Assembly (NCBI GenBank): GCA_018985225.1
Contig: JADGIF010000509.1
Location: 1 to 7,387 of the forward strand
Direction of reading: 5' to 3'
From: Amoeboradix gromovi X-113
Lineage: Eukaryota; Fungi; Sanchytriomycota
Length of the DNA stretch: 7,387 bases
The notes beneath the pieces are model-generated. The model was given only the letters and a program-made list of their open reading frames with translations, was not told the origin of the DNA and ran no database searches. The number at the start of each line of letters is the position of its first letter. Within the stretch, counting starts at the first letter, position 1. The translations under genes were made by a program, and so were the position numbers. This document shows, in pieces, positions 7,158-7,387 of this stretch.

Positions 7158-7385
7158 CTAGACTAACTCGTTTTTAAAGAAGGTGCTCCATACGGAGGAA
7201 ATGCTATCATTAATAAAAGATCTTCTTCTGTTATACCAATTTTCTTTCATTGATTGTATTCCTCTTTTTAAAATAAAACTAGAAGACCCTACATCTCTTT
7301 CAAATATATGAGGTATTTGAGCATCTAAGCAAAAGGTGCATTTTCTTAGACGGTACTCTTTCTTCATTTCATTTAATGTTATACT
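7158..7385 (-). CDS. C-terminal end of a divergent Fanzor/TnpB-like protein (5'-partial, continues beyond the window)
   Basis: The frame stays open to the window edge (SITLNE precedes the Met at 7367). YRLRKCTFC...HIFERDVGSSSFILKRG resembles the last zinc-ribbon CxxC followed by RuvC-III (C..C....(D/N)RDVNAA.NIL.RG). Only about 75 codons are visible. Confidence 0.5.
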   Translation of the reverse strand, partial: SITLNEMKKEYRLRKCTFCLDAQIPHIFERDVGSSSFILKRGIQSMKENWYNRRRSFINDSISSVWSTFFKNELV

Positions 7386-7387
7386 AA

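Overview
AT-rich, gene-dense and apparently intron-free eukaryotic DNA, most consistent with a compact early-diverging (zoosporic) fungal or fungus-related genome; this is inferred from gene content only. Four host genes are visible: a 5'-truncated LRR surface protein with a 21-bp tandem-repeat Ser/Thr stalk and a C-terminal hydrophobic helix (<3-1721, +); a divergent PNPOx-like split-barrel protein (2244-2891, -); a small TPR-like protein in head-to-head orientation (2971-3288, +); and a type III-beta (Pik1-like) phosphatidylinositol 4-kinase (4258-6807, -). The most interesting signal is two minus-strand TnpB/Fanzor-type RNA-guided nuclease loci flanking the PI4K gene. Locus 1 is a 5'-truncated, stop-interrupted Fanzor2-like remnant (3479-3835) with the Fanzor-type rearranged RuvC-II glutamate, a zinc ribbon and RuvC-III. 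Locus 2 is the 3' end of a more divergent Fanzor-like ORF running off the right edge (7158->7385). Each is followed by a dense run of hairpins with GNRA tetraloops and G-U pairs that form only on the nuclease strand (about 3350-3520 and 6974-7139). These are candidate omegaRNA (guide RNA) scaffolds with no obvious similarity to each other. No database searches or folding programs were run; all calls come from motif recognition and by-eye base pairing.
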